Below are positions 63,415 to 64,000 of a stretch of 64,000 bases of DNA, in pieces. Within the stretch, counting starts at the first letter, position 1. Each line of letters opens with the position of its first letter. The translations under genes and the position numbers were made by a program. Source of the DNA: an uncultured delta proteobacterium. Its GTDB lineage: Bacteria > Desulfobacterota > Binatia > UBA9968. Under the pieces are notes generated by a model, which saw only the letters and a program-made list of their open reading frames with translations, searched no databases and was not told where the DNA came from. The stretch covers positions 128,001 to 192,000 of the forward strand of contig CAVUZH010000013.1 in NCBI GenBank assembly GCA_963745835.1, written 5' to 3'.

Positions 63415-64000
63415 ATGCCGACGAAAACCATCGAGATTGCCGGCCGGCCAATTACGCTGGATGCGCGACCGGATCGTCTTGACCTGCGCGACTTACCTTA
63501 TCGCCCATCGGTCGTCTCCTTGGCGCCGATTTATCCGGGCGAAAAGGACATTTCGAAGCTTTTGCCGCGCTATCTCGCCGCCGGTCTCGTTCTCGATCAA
63601 GAATCAGAAGGCGCCTGCACCGGATTTGGTTTGGCGGCAGTGATCAACTATTTGTTGTGGCGCAGATCCGACCTGAAGCTTAAAAGTAAGGACAAGGTTA
63701 GTCCGCGAATGCTTTATCACTTGGCGCGTTTCTACGATGAATGGCCTGGGGAAGGTTATGAAGGGTCGAGCTGCCGGGGAGCGCTCAAAGGTTGGCACCG
63801 CCACGGCGTATGCAGCGACATTCTTTGGCCCTACAGAGATGAAAATGGGGCTCATTTCATTCCCCCGACCGAGGGATGGCACACCGATGCGATTGGGCGA
63901 CCGCTGGGGGTCTACTATCGGGTCGACCGTCAATCGGTGGTCGATATTCAAGCCGCGATCTATGACACAGGGGCAGTCTACGTGTCGGCCAACGTGCATG
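63415..64000 (+). CDS. Papain-like C1 family cysteine peptidase, runs off the right edge
   Basis: Not in the ORF track. Manual translation: MPTKTIE...LDARPDRLDLRD...LDQESEGACTGFGLAAVINYL...SPRMLYHLARFYDEWPGEGYEGSSCRGALKGW. Confidence 0.9.
   Translation, partial: MPTKTIEIAGRPITLDARPDRLDLRDLPYRPSVVSLAPIYPGEKDISKLLPRYLAAGLVLDQESEGACTGFGLAAVINYLLWRRSDLKLKSKDKVSPRMLYHLARFYDEWPGEGYEGSSCRGALKGWHRHGVCSDILWPYRDENGAHFIPPTEGWHTDAIGRPLGVYYRVDRQSVVDIQAAIYDTGAVYVSANVH

Overview
64-kb bacterial chromosomal window, probably from a Binatota (Ca. Binatia)-like soil organism. That taxonomy is inferred only from the many NMT1-type, Bug/TctC and PF04392-type substrate-binding proteins and multi-GAF kinases. Contents: BNR-repeat protein (partial), ppk1 plus a DAG-kinase-family gene, LysR, a patchwork of single accessory genes (7-19 kb and 30-44 kb), a ~8.3-kb frameshifted multi-GAF histidine kinase, a hydantoinase B-A-B catabolic cluster with an FAD oxidoreductase and three paralogous binding proteins, and a metacaspase plus papain-like protease pair at the right end. 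The main unexplained signal is a family of 30-bp palindromes (11-bp arms, TGA-N8-TCA; about 10 clear copies plus several degenerate ones) that bracket accessory genes into ~0.8-1.6-kb units with cargo always on the minus strand. Two units share a homologous ~200-bp attI-like platform holding an integron-type gene cassette inserted at GTT: a GFA gene with a complete attC, and a CAP12/Pycsar-type TIR gene. No integrase or transposase gene is in the window, so these look like non-autonomous mini-integron or cassette-carrier elements (inference). Many frameshifts may be assembly errors. No rRNA, tRNA or CRISPR array was seen.
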